Assembly: GCA_005222965.1 (NCBI GenBank)
Contig: NJBG01000001.1
Location: 675,533 to 739,532, forward strand
Direction of reading: 5' to 3'
DNA length: 64,000 bases
Source of the DNA: Candidatus Woesearchaeota archaeon B3_Woes
GTDB lineage: Archaea > Nanobdellota > Nanobdellia > Woesearchaeales > B3-WOES
Part shown: positions 31,146 through 40,311 of the stretch, piece after piece
Numbering within the stretch: position 1 is the stretch's first letter
Layout: each line of letters starts with the position of its first letter
Position numbers and translations under genes: made by a program
The notes under the pieces: generated by a model
The model's database searches: none
The model's input: the letters and a program-made list of their open reading frames with translations, nothing else
Told to the model about the DNA's origin: nothing

Positions 31146-32132
31146 ATGAAAAAAATGGATACACTAACTACAATAACAGACCATCATTCAGATATTGCTG
31201 ACCATCTCTTAAAAACAGATATTGAAGTAGTTCAAACTCCAGAAGGAAATATATTGCGTAAAAGATATCTTCCTGGAAAAGAAAGATTTTTTGGAGCAGA
31301 ATTTGATTTTAATAGAACTGTAGAAGCAACAGGATTCTCTAAAAAACCAAAAATAATAGCAGTAAATGAAGAAGAAAGAGAAATATCTATGGAATATTTT
31401 TCAGGCATAAATTTAGAGGTGGCTCTTACACAAAGCAAAACAATAAATTTTGATAAACTTATTTCTTTAATGCTCGAAGAAACTTTTTATTTAAGAAAAG
31501 CAACGCCTGAAGAAATATCACATTTGAGAGAAATCTCTTCTCAAGTGACATCCAATTTAACAAGAAAGTATAATGGTTCTTTAATCAATAGAGATTACTT
31601 CGCTTCAGTAAGAGGGCTTCTCACAACATCTGATAGATTAGTTAGCCCTCAAAGAAAGGAACAAATTGAAACTATGTTAACTAAAGCAGAAGTAGATCCA
31701 GTTCTTTTAAGATTTGATCCTGAAATGAGTAACTTCTTATCCTGTGAAGATGGAGAAATAAGACCTGTTGATTATTCAATTCCGTGGGTCGCACATCCAA
31801 TTCATAACGTTCTTTATTTTCTTTCTCATTTAGATTTGCCAAGGAAAAAAACCTTCTATAATATGAGAAACAATGCAACAAACCGTTTATATTCTGTAGT
31901 AAGGAATAGATTAAAAGAATTCTTTAATGGAACACAAGATGTTGAATCAACAATCAAGTGCGCTTACTTAGATCTATTTGCAGCAAATTTCATCTTTGAT
32001 GGAGCTCCTGAAATTTCTCCTGACCAAAAAATGAATCCTTCCTATCAAGATAGAGTTAATGCTATAATCCAAATAGTGGATTTAAGTGTGGATGAACTTC
32101 TTCAAGCAAAAATGGAATTTAGAAGACAATAA
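31146..32132 (+). CDS. APH/choline-kinase-like phosphotransferase (divergent)
   Basis: ILRK, PKII..ISMEYFSG, FDPEMSNFL..PVDY. Confidence 0.55.
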   Translation: MKKMDTLTTITDHHSDIADHLLKTDIEVVQTPEGNILRKRYLPGKERFFGAEFDFNRTVEATGFSKKPKIIAVNEEEREISMEYFSGINLEVALTQSKTINFDKLISLMLEETFYLRKATPEEISHLREISSQVTSNLTRKYNGSLINRDYFASVRGLLTTSDRLVSPQRKEQIETMLTKAEVDPVLLRFDPEMSNFLSCEDGEIRPVDYSIPWVAHPIHNVLYFLSHLDLPRKKTFYNMRNNATNRLYSVVRNRLKEFFNGTQDVESTIKCAYLDLFAANFIFDGAPEISPDQKMNPSYQDRVNAIIQIVDLSVDELLQAKMEFRRQ

Positions 32133-32185
32133 TATCCAATAATAAAAAATAAACCTTTATAAAACCACACAATATTCCCTTTAAA

Positions 32186-32638
32186 ATGAAAAGAGCAACT
32201 TATTCAGGAACACATAATTCTACAATGGTATATGGCCATGTACACATCCCTTCTAAAACATTAAATCAAATTCTATCAAGAGAAGGCACAATACCTGATC
32301 ATTTTTTAGGCTTTCCTATAAAAGAAGGAGCTTTCCCTTATATATATCTATTACATCCTGATGATTTAAAAGAAAAAAATGGAGAAATTGTCACATTAAG
32401 AGGTAAAGATATTTCAGATACAATCTATAGAATTGAAGTTAGAGGATACAAAAGATTAGTAATTCCAAAAGAATTAAGAAAATTTGCTGAATTATACAAA
32501 GGAGTATATTTTATAGGTAATCTCGATCATTTTGAAATTTGGAATAGAAAAAACGCAGTCAAAGAAGGAAGAGCAAGTGATATTTTTATCGAAAACCATC
32601 CAAGAGATGTTGAAAGACTTCATGAACGAATTTCATAA
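32186..32638 (+). CDS. MraZ-like (AbrB-fold) protein
   Basis: RLVIPKELRKFAEL..VYFIGNLDHFEIWN. Confidence 0.65.
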   Translation: MKRATYSGTHNSTMVYGHVHIPSKTLNQILSREGTIPDHFLGFPIKEGAFPYIYLLHPDDLKEKNGEIVTLRGKDISDTIYRIEVRGYKRLVIPKELRKFAELYKGVYFIGNLDHFEIWNRKNAVKEGRASDIFIENHPRDVERLHERIS

Positions 32639-32693
32639 TAAACTTCTAAACCCTATATCGAAAGCTTTTTAAACCACTTATAATTCCTTCAGT

Positions 32694-32732
32694 TACCTTA
32701 TGATTTATGAAGGCAAAGCCTGAATGAGGGTA
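32694..32732 (+). promoter_or_regulatory. structured 5' leader of rpl7ae with kink-turn-like GA motifs
   Basis: tacctt-atgatttatgaa-ggc-aaa-gcc-tgaatg-agggta hairpin, about 20 nt after BRE/TATA gaaagctttttaaa. Confidence 0.6.
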
Positions 32733-32766
32733 TATTCTATGTATATTCCTCGGGGGACAAATAAAA

Positions 32767-33111
32767 ATGGCAGATGAAATTTCAAAAGAAATAGTAGATA
32801 AAATTTATGAGGCAATTGAAGTAGCTAAATCTACAGGAAAAATCAAAAAAGGAACAAACGAAGTTACAAAGGCAATAGAAAAAGGAACAGCAAAAATTGT
32901 TACATATGCAAAAGATGTTAATCCTCCTGAAATAACAATGCACATACCTTTATTATGTGAAGAAAAAGGAATTAGTTGTGCACCTGTTCCAAGCAAAGAA
33001 GAATTAGGAGCTGCTGCTGGAATCGGAGTTTCAACAGTAAGTGTTGCTATAACTGAAGAAGGAGAAGCTACAAAATTAGTCAAAGAAATTAATGAAAAGC
33101 TAAAGAAGTAA
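32767..33111 (+). CDS. rpl7ae: 50S ribosomal protein L7Ae
   Basis: [29 protein letters not shown]. Confidence 0.97.
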   Translation: MADEISKEIVDKIYEAIEVAKSTGKIKKGTNEVTKAIEKGTAKIVTYAKDVNPPEITMHIPLLCEEKGISCAPVPSKEELGAAAGIGVSTVSVAITEEGEATKLVKEINEKLKK

Positions 33112-33112
33112 A

Positions 33113-33403
33113 ATGGAAAACAAAACAGAAGACAAAAAACCTAGAAAAGGTAAACCAGTAGACGCAAAGAAAAGTTCTGCAGTTCATTTTACTAGAGCAG
33201 TTCCTGCAAGCGTTGAAGAGATTGTAGGAAGAACAGGTACAAGAGGAGAAGCCATCCAAGTAAGGTGTAAAGTCTTAGAAGGCCGTGACCAAAATAAAGT
33301 TTTAAGAAGAAACGTAAAAGGACCTGTAAAAATAGGAGATACATTAATGCTTAGAGAAACCGAAATAGAAGCTCAAAGATTAAATCAAAACAGAGGTCAA
33401 TAA
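33113..33403 (+). CDS. rps28e: 30S ribosomal protein S28e
   Basis: [27 protein letters not shown]. Confidence 0.95.
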   Translation: MENKTEDKKPRKGKPVDAKKSSAVHFTRAVPASVEEIVGRTGTRGEAIQVRCKVLEGRDQNKVLRRNVKGPVKIGDTLMLRETEIEAQRLNQNRGQ

Positions 33404-33404
33404 A

Positions 33405-33581
33405 ATGGTAACATGCGGTTATTGCGGCAAGGAAATCAAACCAGGAACAAATAAACTATTTGTTTTTAAAACTGGTAAAACAATTAATTTTTGTTCTAGA
33501 AAATGTGAAAAAAACCAATTAAAATTAAAAAGAACAGCCAGAAATTTTAAATGGACAAAACATTATGAAAAAGGTGCTTAA
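33405..33581 (+). CDS. rpl24e: 50S ribosomal protein L24e (58 aa, not in ORF track)
   Basis: MVTCGYCGKEIKPGT..FCSRKCEK..KWT; conserved synteny. Confidence 0.93.
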   Translation: MVTCGYCGKEIKPGTNKLFVFKTGKTINFCSRKCEKNQLKLKRTARNFKWTKHYEKGA

Positions 33582-33583
33582 AA

Positions 33584-34072
33584 ATGATAGAAAAAACATT
33601 AGTATTAATCAAACCAGATGGCATACAAAGATCATTAGCTGGTAAAATTATAACAAGGTTTGAAGATGCTGGACTAAAAATAATCGGCATGAAAATGGAA
33701 TGGGTTGATGAAAAATTTGCTGAGAAACATTATTTTGATATAAAAAAAAGATACGATAAAAGGATATTTGACAATCTGTCACAATACTTAAGAGAAGGGC
33801 CGGTTATTGCAATGGTTCTCGAAGGAGTAAATGCAGTTTCTACTGTTAGAAAGATTACAGGAAGCACATATCCTAATGAAGCCCAACCAGGAACAATAAG
33901 AGGAGATTTTGCACATATATCTAAAGATTATGCAAACAAACACAAAAAGAAAGTTGGAAATTTAATTCATGCTTCTGCAAATCCTAAAGAAGCTAAATAT
34001 GAAATTAATTTATGGTTCAAAAAACAAGAACTTCACACTTATAAAACAGTTCATGATGTACATGTTCTATAG
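33584..34072 (+). CDS. ndk: nucleoside diphosphate kinase
   Basis: TLVLIKPDG, PGTIRGDF, NLIHAS. Confidence 0.97.
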   Translation: MIEKTLVLIKPDGIQRSLAGKIITRFEDAGLKIIGMKMEWVDEKFAEKHYFDIKKRYDKRIFDNLSQYLREGPVIAMVLEGVNAVSTVRKITGSTYPNEAQPGTIRGDFAHISKDYANKHKKKVGNLIHASANPKEAKYEINLWFKKQELHTYKTVHDVHVL

Positions 34073-34083
34073 GGGAAAATAAA

Positions 34084-36264
34084 ATGACAGAAAAGATGGT
34101 TGACAGGGTAGTAAAGATTGCTAATAATTATAAAAATATTAGAAATATCGCTATTTGCGCTCATATTGATCATGGAAAAACAACCTTTTCTGATAATCTA
34201 TTAGCAGGAGCTGGTATGATGTCAGAAGAATTAGCTGGAAAAGCATGTCTAATGGATTTCCATGACGATGAACAGGAAAGAGGAATAACAATTGACACAG
34301 CATCTGTTTCTATGGTTCACACATTTAAAGGAGAAGATTATCTAATAAACCTAATGGATACTCCTGGTCACGTTGATTTTGGAGGAGACGTTACAAGGGC
34401 CATGAGAGCAGTTGATGGAGCTGTTGTTTTATGCTGTGCATCAGAAGGAATCATGCCTCAAACAGAAACAGTTCTAAGACAAGCCCTAAAAGAAAGAGTT
34501 AAACCGGTTTTATTCATAAATAAAGTTGATAGACTGATTAAAGAGCTGCAACTAACTCCTGAACAAATGCAGGAAAGATTTATTGGCATAATCAATAATG
34601 TTAACAGATTAATAAATAAGATTGCAGAAGAAGGATATGGCAAAAAATGGCAAACAGAAGTCCAAAACGGAAGTGTTGCTTTTGGTTCTGCCTACCATAA
34701 TTGGGCTCTAAGCATACCTTATATGAAGGAAAAAAATATCACATTTAAAGATATTATAGATGCATATAAAGCAGGCGAAGACAAATACAAAGAATTGGCT
34801 AAAAAAGCACCACTACATGAAGTTATTCTTAACATGGTTATAAATCATTTACCAGATCCTGTTACTGCTCAGAACTACAGGATAGAAAAAATATGGCATG
34901 GAGACATCGAAAGCGAAGATGGACAAGCTTTAAAAAAATGTGATCCAAACGGAAACCTATTTTTCACTACTGTAAAGATTGTTGTTGATCCTCAAGCAGG
35001 AGAAATTTCTACAGGAAGATTGTATGCTGGAACTATAACAAAAGGTACAGAAGTTTATCTTAATAAACTAAAACAAGAAGGAAGAATTCAACAAATATTT
35101 ATTATGAATGGTGCTAAACGTGAAATTGTAGAAAAAATACCGTGTGGTAATATTATAGGTATTAGTGGAATAAAATCATCTGTTGGAGAAACAGTAACAA
35201 TAGGGGAATCCACCCCATTCGAACAAATTACTCATATATTTGATCCTGTTATAAGTAAATCTATAGAAGCAAAAAATCCTGCAGATTTACCTAAGCTTGT
35301 TGAAGTCTTAAAAACAGTTGCAAAAGAAGACCCTACAATACAAATTGAAATAAACGAAGAAACAGGGGAAAACCTTTTACATGGAATGGGTGAACTTCAT
35401 CTAGAGATCATAGAAAATAGAATAAAAACAGAAAAAGGAGTAGAAGTTAAAACATCTCCTCCAATTGTTGTATATAGGGAAGCAATAACAAAAGAAAGTC
35501 CAGAAGCAGAAGGAAAAAGCCCAAATAAACACAACAGATTCTATATTAAAGTTGAACCCCTAGATGATTCAATATATGAAGCAATGAAAAAAGGAGACTT
35601 ACCTAATAATAAAAGACTCAAGAAAAAAGATAATACAATAAGAGAAGTATTAGTAAACTGTGGAATGGATTCAAAAATAGCAGTTAAAGTAAAAGGATTT
35701 TTTAATGGTAATATATTCTTAGATCAAACACGCGGTCAAGTCCATATTGGAGAAGTAATTGAAATGATTCTTGATATGTTTGAAGATGTTATGAAAAAAG
35801 GACCTTTGGCTCGTGAACCTTGTATAAAAGTAAAAGTAAGCCTTATGGATATGAAATTACACGAAGACGCAATTCATAGAGGACCTGCTCAAGTCTATCC
35901 TGCTGTTAGAGAAAGCATAAGAGGAGCTATGATGCAGGCAAGACCAATCGTATATGAACCTTTACAAACTCTTCATATAGAAGGACCAGCAGATAATATG
36001 GGAGATATATCAAAATTAATAGCAAATAAACGTGGTCAGTTATTAGAAATGGACCAAGAAGGAGATTTAGTAGTAGCTAAAGCAAAACTCCCTGTTGGAG
36101 AGATGTTCGGATGGAGTTCTGAATTAAGATCAGCAACATCCGGACGTGGAACATCTTCATTAATTGATCAATCATTTGAAAAACTTCCAGAAGAACTTCA
36201 GGAAAAGATAATAAATAATATAAAAAACAGAAAAGGATTAACAGACGCCCAGGTTGGTGTTTAA
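34084..36264 (+). CDS. fusA: translation elongation factor aEF-2
   Basis: AHIDHGKTT, DTPGHVDF, NKVD, diphthamide loop HEDAIHRGPAQ. Confidence 0.98.
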   Translation: MTEKMVDRVVKIANNYKNIRNIAICAHIDHGKTTFSDNLLAGAGMMSEELAGKACLMDFHDDEQERGITIDTASVSMVHTFKGEDYLINLMDTPGHVDFGGDVTRAMRAVDGAVVLCCASEGIMPQTETVLRQALKERVKPVLFINKVDRLIKELQLTPEQMQERFIGIINNVNRLINKIAEEGYGKKWQTEVQNGSVAFGSAYHNWALSIPYMKEKNITFKDIIDAYKAGEDKYKELAKKAPLHEVILNMVINHLPDPVTAQNYRIEKIWHGDIESEDGQALKKCDPNGNLFFTTVKIVVDPQAGEISTGRLYAGTITKGTEVYLNKLKQEGRIQQIFIMNGAKREIVEKIPCGNIIGISGIKSSVGETVTIGESTPFEQITHIFDPVISKSIEAKNPADLPKLVEVLKTVAKEDPTIQIEINEETGENLLHGMGELHLEIIENRIKTEKGVEVKTSPPIVVYREAITKESPEAEGKSPNKHNRFYIKVEPLDDSIYEAMKKGDLPNNKRLKKKDNTIREVLVNCGMDSKIAVKVKGFFNGNIFLDQTRGQVHIGEVIEMILDMFEDVMKKGPLAREPCIKVKVSLMDMKLHEDAIHRGPAQVYPAVRESIRGAMMQARPIVYEPLQTLHIEGPADNMGDISKLIANKRGQLLEMDQEGDLVVAKAKLPVGEMFGWSSELRSATSGRGTSSLIDQSFEKLPEELQEKIINNIKNRKGLTDAQVGV

Positions 36265-36311
36265 ATAAAACCACAACCTTTTTAAACCAAATCCTTTTCC
36301 TCTGTTTACAA

Positions 36312-36355
36312 GCCCGAGTTCACGCGCATTTAGGGTGGTAGTGTGATTTCTCGGC
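36312..36355 (+). promoter_or_regulatory. GC-rich hairpin leader of the rps13 operon
   Basis: ccgag/ctcgg and tcacgc/gtgtga stems between TATA box and ATG. Confidence 0.55.
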
Positions 36356-36364
36356 AATATTAAA

Positions 36365-36913
36365 ATGGTAGAACAAAAAAACGAAAATAAAAAAGACTTC
36401 AAACATGTCGGAAACAAAGTTTCTGAGAATGCTCAAAAATCGCAAGATGATTTTCGACATTTTGTTAGAATTGCAAATACAGATCTAAATGGAAACCACA
36501 AAATAGAAAGAGCTCTAACAAAAATAAAAGGAGTAGGTTTTCAATTTGCTAATGCAGTCTGTTCAACATTAAAAATAGATCCAAACCAACAAACAGGATA
36601 TCTAAATGATGAAACTATTAAAAGAATACAAGAACTATTAAAAGATCCTCTAAAATTCAATATTCCTCAGTGGCTTTTTAACAGAAGAAAAGATTATGAG
36701 ACAGGAGAAGACAAGCATATATTAACTTCTGATGTTGATTTTATTCAAGATAATGATCTAAAACGTATGAAAAAAATTAAATGTTATAGGGGGGTAAGGC
36801 ACATGAGAGGATTACCTGTCAGAGGCCAAAGAACAAAATCAAACTTTAGAAAAAATAAAGGAAAAGGCAGCCTTGGTGTAAAAAAGAAAAAAGGAAAGTC
36901 CGGAAAAGTATAA
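36365..36913 (+). CDS. rps13: 30S ribosomal protein S13
   Basis: ALTKIKGVG, YRGVRHMRGLPVRGQRTK. Confidence 0.97.
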   Translation: MVEQKNENKKDFKHVGNKVSENAQKSQDDFRHFVRIANTDLNGNHKIERALTKIKGVGFQFANAVCSTLKIDPNQQTGYLNDETIKRIQELLKDPLKFNIPQWLFNRRKDYETGEDKHILTSDVDFIQDNDLKRMKKIKCYRGVRHMRGLPVRGQRTKSNFRKNKGKGSLGVKKKKGKSGKV

Positions 36914-36920
36914 ATAAAAA

Positions 36921-37637
36921 ATGGGAGATCCAAGAAAAGCAAGGAAAAAGTATAAAACACCTAGCCATCCATGGCAAAAGGCCAGATTAGAAGAGGAAAC
37001 AAAGTTAGCAGAAGAATATGGATTGAAAAATAAAGAAGAAATATGGAAGATGGATTCTTTTATAAAAAACTTTACAAACCAAAGTAAAAAATTAGTCACA
37101 CTTGTATCAAAACAAGCTGAAAAAGAAAAATTAAATTTAATCAAAAAACTAAAAACATTAGGCTTATTAAAACAAAACCAAGGTTTTGAAAATATACTTA
37201 ATCTAACTATAAGAGATGTTATGGAAAGAAGATTACAAACCCTTGTTCATAGAAAAGGATTAGCAAAAACAATGAAGCAAGCAAGACAATTAATCATTCA
37301 CTCTCATATAAACATAGGAGATCAGAGAATAACATCCCCTTCTTATCTAATAAATATCGATGAAGAAAAAAAGATAAGCTTTGCTTCAAAAAGCGCTTTC
37401 TCAAGTCCAGATCATCCTGAAAGGGTTATTAAAGAACTTAAAGCAAAAAAGAAAACAGAAGAAAAGGAAGAAAAAAAACCAAAAGCTGAGAAAAAAGAAA
37501 TAAAGAAAGAAACAAAACCAAAAAAAGAGAAAACAGAAGTAAAAGAAGAAAAGAAAGAGTCAAAAAAGAAGAAAAACATATTAAAGAAAAAAAATCAAAA
37601 AAAGACGAACCAAAAGATAAAAAATGAGATCAAATAA
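36921..37637 (+). CDS. rps4: 30S ribosomal protein S4 with K/E-rich tail
   Basis: [30 protein letters not shown]. Confidence 0.96.
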   Translation: MGDPRKARKKYKTPSHPWQKARLEEETKLAEEYGLKNKEEIWKMDSFIKNFTNQSKKLVTLVSKQAEKEKLNLIKKLKTLGLLKQNQGFENILNLTIRDVMERRLQTLVHRKGLAKTMKQARQLIIHSHINIGDQRITSPSYLINIDEEKKISFASKSAFSSPDHPERVIKELKAKKKTEEKEEKKPKAEKKEIKKETKPKKEKTEVKEEKKESKKKKNILKKKNQKKTNQKIKNEIK

Positions 37638-38022
37638 TATAAGATGGGGAATTGTACATATTTATTCTAGTTATAATAATACTATTATTCATATTACAGA
37701 TATAACAGGAACAGAAACAATAGCCAGAACATCAGGTGGTCAAGTTGTTAAAGCAGACAGAATGGAAAGTTCACCTACTGCCGCTATGATGGCTGCAAAA
37801 AGAGCAGCTGAAATAGCAATGGATAAAGGAATTTCAGGAATTCATGTTAAAATAAGAGCACCCGGAGGCCATAATGGACCTTCCAACCCAGGACCTGGCG
37901 CTCAGGCAGCTATAAGGGCCTTATCAAGAATGGGTCTTAAGATAGGTATAATAGAAGATGTTACTCCTGTACCTCATGATGGATGCAGAAAAAAAGGAGG
38001 TAAAAGAGGAAGAAGAGTTTAA
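37624..38022 (+). CDS. rps11: 30S ribosomal protein S11
   Basis: [34 protein letters not shown]. Confidence 0.97.
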   Translation: MRSNNIRWGIVHIYSSYNNTIIHITDITGTETIARTSGGQVVKADRMESSPTAAMMAAKRAAEIAMDKGISGIHVKIRAPGGHNGPSNPGPGAQAAIRALSRMGLKIGIIEDVTPVPHDGCRKKGGKRGRRV

Positions 38023-38023
38023 A

Positions 38024-38821
38024 ATGGAAATAAAATTATTAGAAAAAAATCAAGAAGCAAAAAAAAATTCTTTTATTTTAAAAAAGACTAATGTAACCTT
38101 TGCTAACCTATTAAGAAGATATGCTGTTGAAAAAGTTCCAACAATGGCAATAGAAGATGTTGAAATAAAAGACAACAGCTCTGTTTTATACGACGAAGTA
38201 ATCGCACACCGTCTTGGACTTATTCCACTAACAACAGATATAAAAAGTTATTATATAAATAAAAAATGCAAATGTAAGGGAAAAGGATGCAACAGATGTA
38301 CTCTGAAACTTACACTAAAAGCAGAAGGTCCAGGAATTGTATATGCTTCTGATATCAAAAGCAAAGATCCAAAAGTAAAACCAGTATATCCAAAAACACC
38401 AATTGTAAAATTACTAAAAGATCAAAAAATTGAATTACTCGCAACAGCTATTTTAGGCCAAGGCCAAGATCATGTTAAATTTTCTCCTGGTTTTGCATAC
38501 TATAAATTTAGACCAGAAGTTAAAATAAACAAAAACCCTAAAAATGCCGAAGAAGTAGCTCAAAACTGTCCAGTAGATGTTTTTGATGCTAAAAACAACA
38601 ATCTGACAATAAACAAAGACAATGTAATGAAATGTCACTTTTGTAATCAATGTGTTGAGGTAGCAGATCCTAATAACACAATAGGCATTGAAAAAAGTTC
38701 AGATATAATATTTAATGTTGAAAGCTGGGGCCAATTAAGTTGTAAAGAAACTATTCTGACAGCAATAGATGAATACAACAAAGACCTGGACGAATTTGAA
38801 AAACTCCTCAAAAAATCTTAA
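38024..38821 (+). CDS. rpoD: RNA polymerase subunit Rpo3 (D) with Fe-S domain
   Basis: ANLLRR, DEVIAHRLGLIPL, CPVDVF..CHFCNQC; start MEIKLL. Confidence 0.95.
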   Translation: MEIKLLEKNQEAKKNSFILKKTNVTFANLLRRYAVEKVPTMAIEDVEIKDNSSVLYDEVIAHRLGLIPLTTDIKSYYINKKCKCKGKGCNRCTLKLTLKAEGPGIVYASDIKSKDPKVKPVYPKTPIVKLLKDQKIELLATAILGQGQDHVKFSPGFAYYKFRPEVKINKNPKNAEEVAQNCPVDVFDAKNNNLTINKDNVMKCHFCNQCVEVADPNNTIGIEKSSDIIFNVESWGQLSCKETILTAIDEYNKDLDEFEKLLKKS

Positions 38822-38834
38822 TCCATAATTTTTT

Positions 38835-38918
38835 GCGGGAGTGGCAGAGCGGTCAAATGCGCAAGGTTGAGGGCCTTGTCCCTTAGTGGGTGCGCGAGTT
38901 CAAACCTCGTCTCCCGCA
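38835..38918 (+). tRNA. tRNA-Leu(GAG)
   Basis: GCGGGAG/CTCCCGC, long variable arm; usual archaeal position before rpl18e. Confidence 0.95.
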
Positions 38919-38934
38919 TAATCATACTCGAAAA

Positions 38935-39297
38935 ATGAAAAAAACAAAAGCAACAAATGAACATTTGGTAAGCCTAATAAGTGAACTGAAAAAAAAGGCA
39001 ATTGAAACAGATGTAAAACTCTTCAAAAGAATAGCTATTGATCTTGAAAAGCCTACAAGGTCAAAAAGAGCAGTGAATCTAAGCAGAATCAATAGATTTA
39101 CATCAGAAAATGAAATAATTGTTGTTCCTGGAAAAGTTCTAGGAACAGGGGAATTAGATCATCCATTAACAATAGCAGCATATAAATTCTCTTCAAGCGC
39201 TTTAGATAAAATTAATATATCAAAATCAAAAGCAATAACCCTAAAAGATTTAATTAAGGACGAAGTAAAAGGTAAAAAAATCAGAATAATAGGTTAA
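38935..39297 (+). CDS. rpl18e: 50S ribosomal protein L18e
   Basis: VNLSRINR, VVPGKVLGTG; start MKKTK after tRNA. Confidence 0.95.
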   Translation: MKKTKATNEHLVSLISELKKKAIETDVKLFKRIAIDLEKPTRSKRAVNLSRINRFTSENEIIVVPGKVLGTGELDHPLTIAAYKFSSSALDKINISKSKAITLKDLIKDEVKGKKIRIIG

Positions 39298-39298
39298 A

Positions 39299-39712
39299 AT
39301 GATAATAGATGGAAAAAATCTAATAATGGGAAGAGCAGCAGCATTTATAGCTAAACAATCCTTAATGGGAGAAAAAGTAGATGTAGTTAATTGTAATGAA
39401 ATGTTGATTACAGGAAATAAAAGAGAAATTATTGCAAAATATAAAAGAAAAAAATCAATGGGGGTTCCGTCAAAAGGACCTTTTCAACCAAAGAAACCAG
39501 ATATGTTTGTCAGAAAAGTAATAAGAGGCATGCTTCCCTATAAACAATTCAAAGGGAGAGAAGCATTTAAAAGAGTAAGATGTCATATTGGTTTTCCAGA
39601 AACCCTAAAAGGCGAAGCTCAAACAATAAAAAACGCATCAATTAATAAAGTTCCAAATCTAAAATATATTAAAGTAGAAACTGTTTGTAAGGAGTTAGGA
39701 TGGCAAAAATAA
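39299..39712 (+). CDS. rpl13: 50S ribosomal protein L13
   Basis: IIDG..MGRAA, IRGMLP. Confidence 0.95.
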   Translation: MIIDGKNLIMGRAAAFIAKQSLMGEKVDVVNCNEMLITGNKREIIAKYKRKKSMGVPSKGPFQPKKPDMFVRKVIRGMLPYKQFKGREAFKRVRCHIGFPETLKGEAQTIKNASINKVPNLKYIKVETVCKELGWQK

Positions 39713-40098
39713 TTCATACAAAAGGAAAGAGAAAAAGAGCAGTAGCAAGAGCTACCCTTAAAGAAGGCAGAGGGATAATAAAGATAAACAGCAAACTCCT
39801 GAATGTTATGGAACCAAAACTAGTTAGAATGAAAATAAGAGAACCTGTAATCTTAGCAGGGGACACAATCAATAAAGTAAACATAAGCGTTAATGTTTTT
39901 GGCGGGGGAATAATGTCCCAAGCAGACGCTGCAAGATTAGCAATAGCAAAATCCTTAGTTCAGTATAATAAAAAATTAGAAAAAACATTTTTAGATTATG
40001 ACAGGCAGCTTCTTGTTGCAGATGTCAGAAGAAAAGAAACACACAAGCCTAATAGCCATGGTAAAGCAAGAGCTAAACGGCAAAAATCTTACAGATAA
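39700..40098 (+). CDS. rps9: 30S ribosomal protein S9
   Basis: GKRKRAVARA, GGG..QA, QKSYR. Confidence 0.97.
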   Translation: MAKIIHTKGKRKRAVARATLKEGRGIIKINSKLLNVMEPKLVRMKIREPVILAGDTINKVNISVNVFGGGIMSQADAARLAIAKSLVQYNKKLEKTFLDYDRQLLVADVRRKETHKPNSHGKARAKRQKSYR

Positions 40099-40107
40099 GG
40101 TGATAAA

Positions 40108-40311
40108 ATGATAATACCAATAAGATGTTGGAGTTGCGGAAAACCAGTTGCCCATTTATGGGAAGAATATCAACAAAGATTAGAAAAAGAAGGCGAAGAA
40201 AACAGAAAAAAAATCCTAGATGATTTAGGATTAGAAAGATATTGCTGCAGAGCAGTCTTCCTAGGCCATGTTGATTTAATAGACACAGTATCTAGATTTA
40301 AGAAATTTTAG
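40108..40311 (+). CDS. rpoN: RNA polymerase subunit Rpo10 (N)
   Basis: MIIPIRCWSCGK, RYCCR. Confidence 0.97.
   Translation: MIIPIRCWSCGKPVAHLWEEYQQRLEKEGEENRKKILDDLGLERYCCRAVFLGHVDLIDTVSRFKKF

Noticed and set aside
32701..32730. SECIS-like element
   Set aside because: Sits in the rpl7ae 5' UTR with no in-frame TGA selenoprotein nearby; a k-turn leader is simpler
37440..37637. A-rich quasi-repeats in the rps4, secF and rps24e tails
   Set aside because: Low-complexity Lys/Glu coding sequence, not DNA repeat elements
38890..38934. ORF-track N-terminal extensions of rpl18e, PIN (to 53257) and Nudix (to 57534)
   Set aside because: They overlap tRNA genes; downstream ATGs fit the protein families
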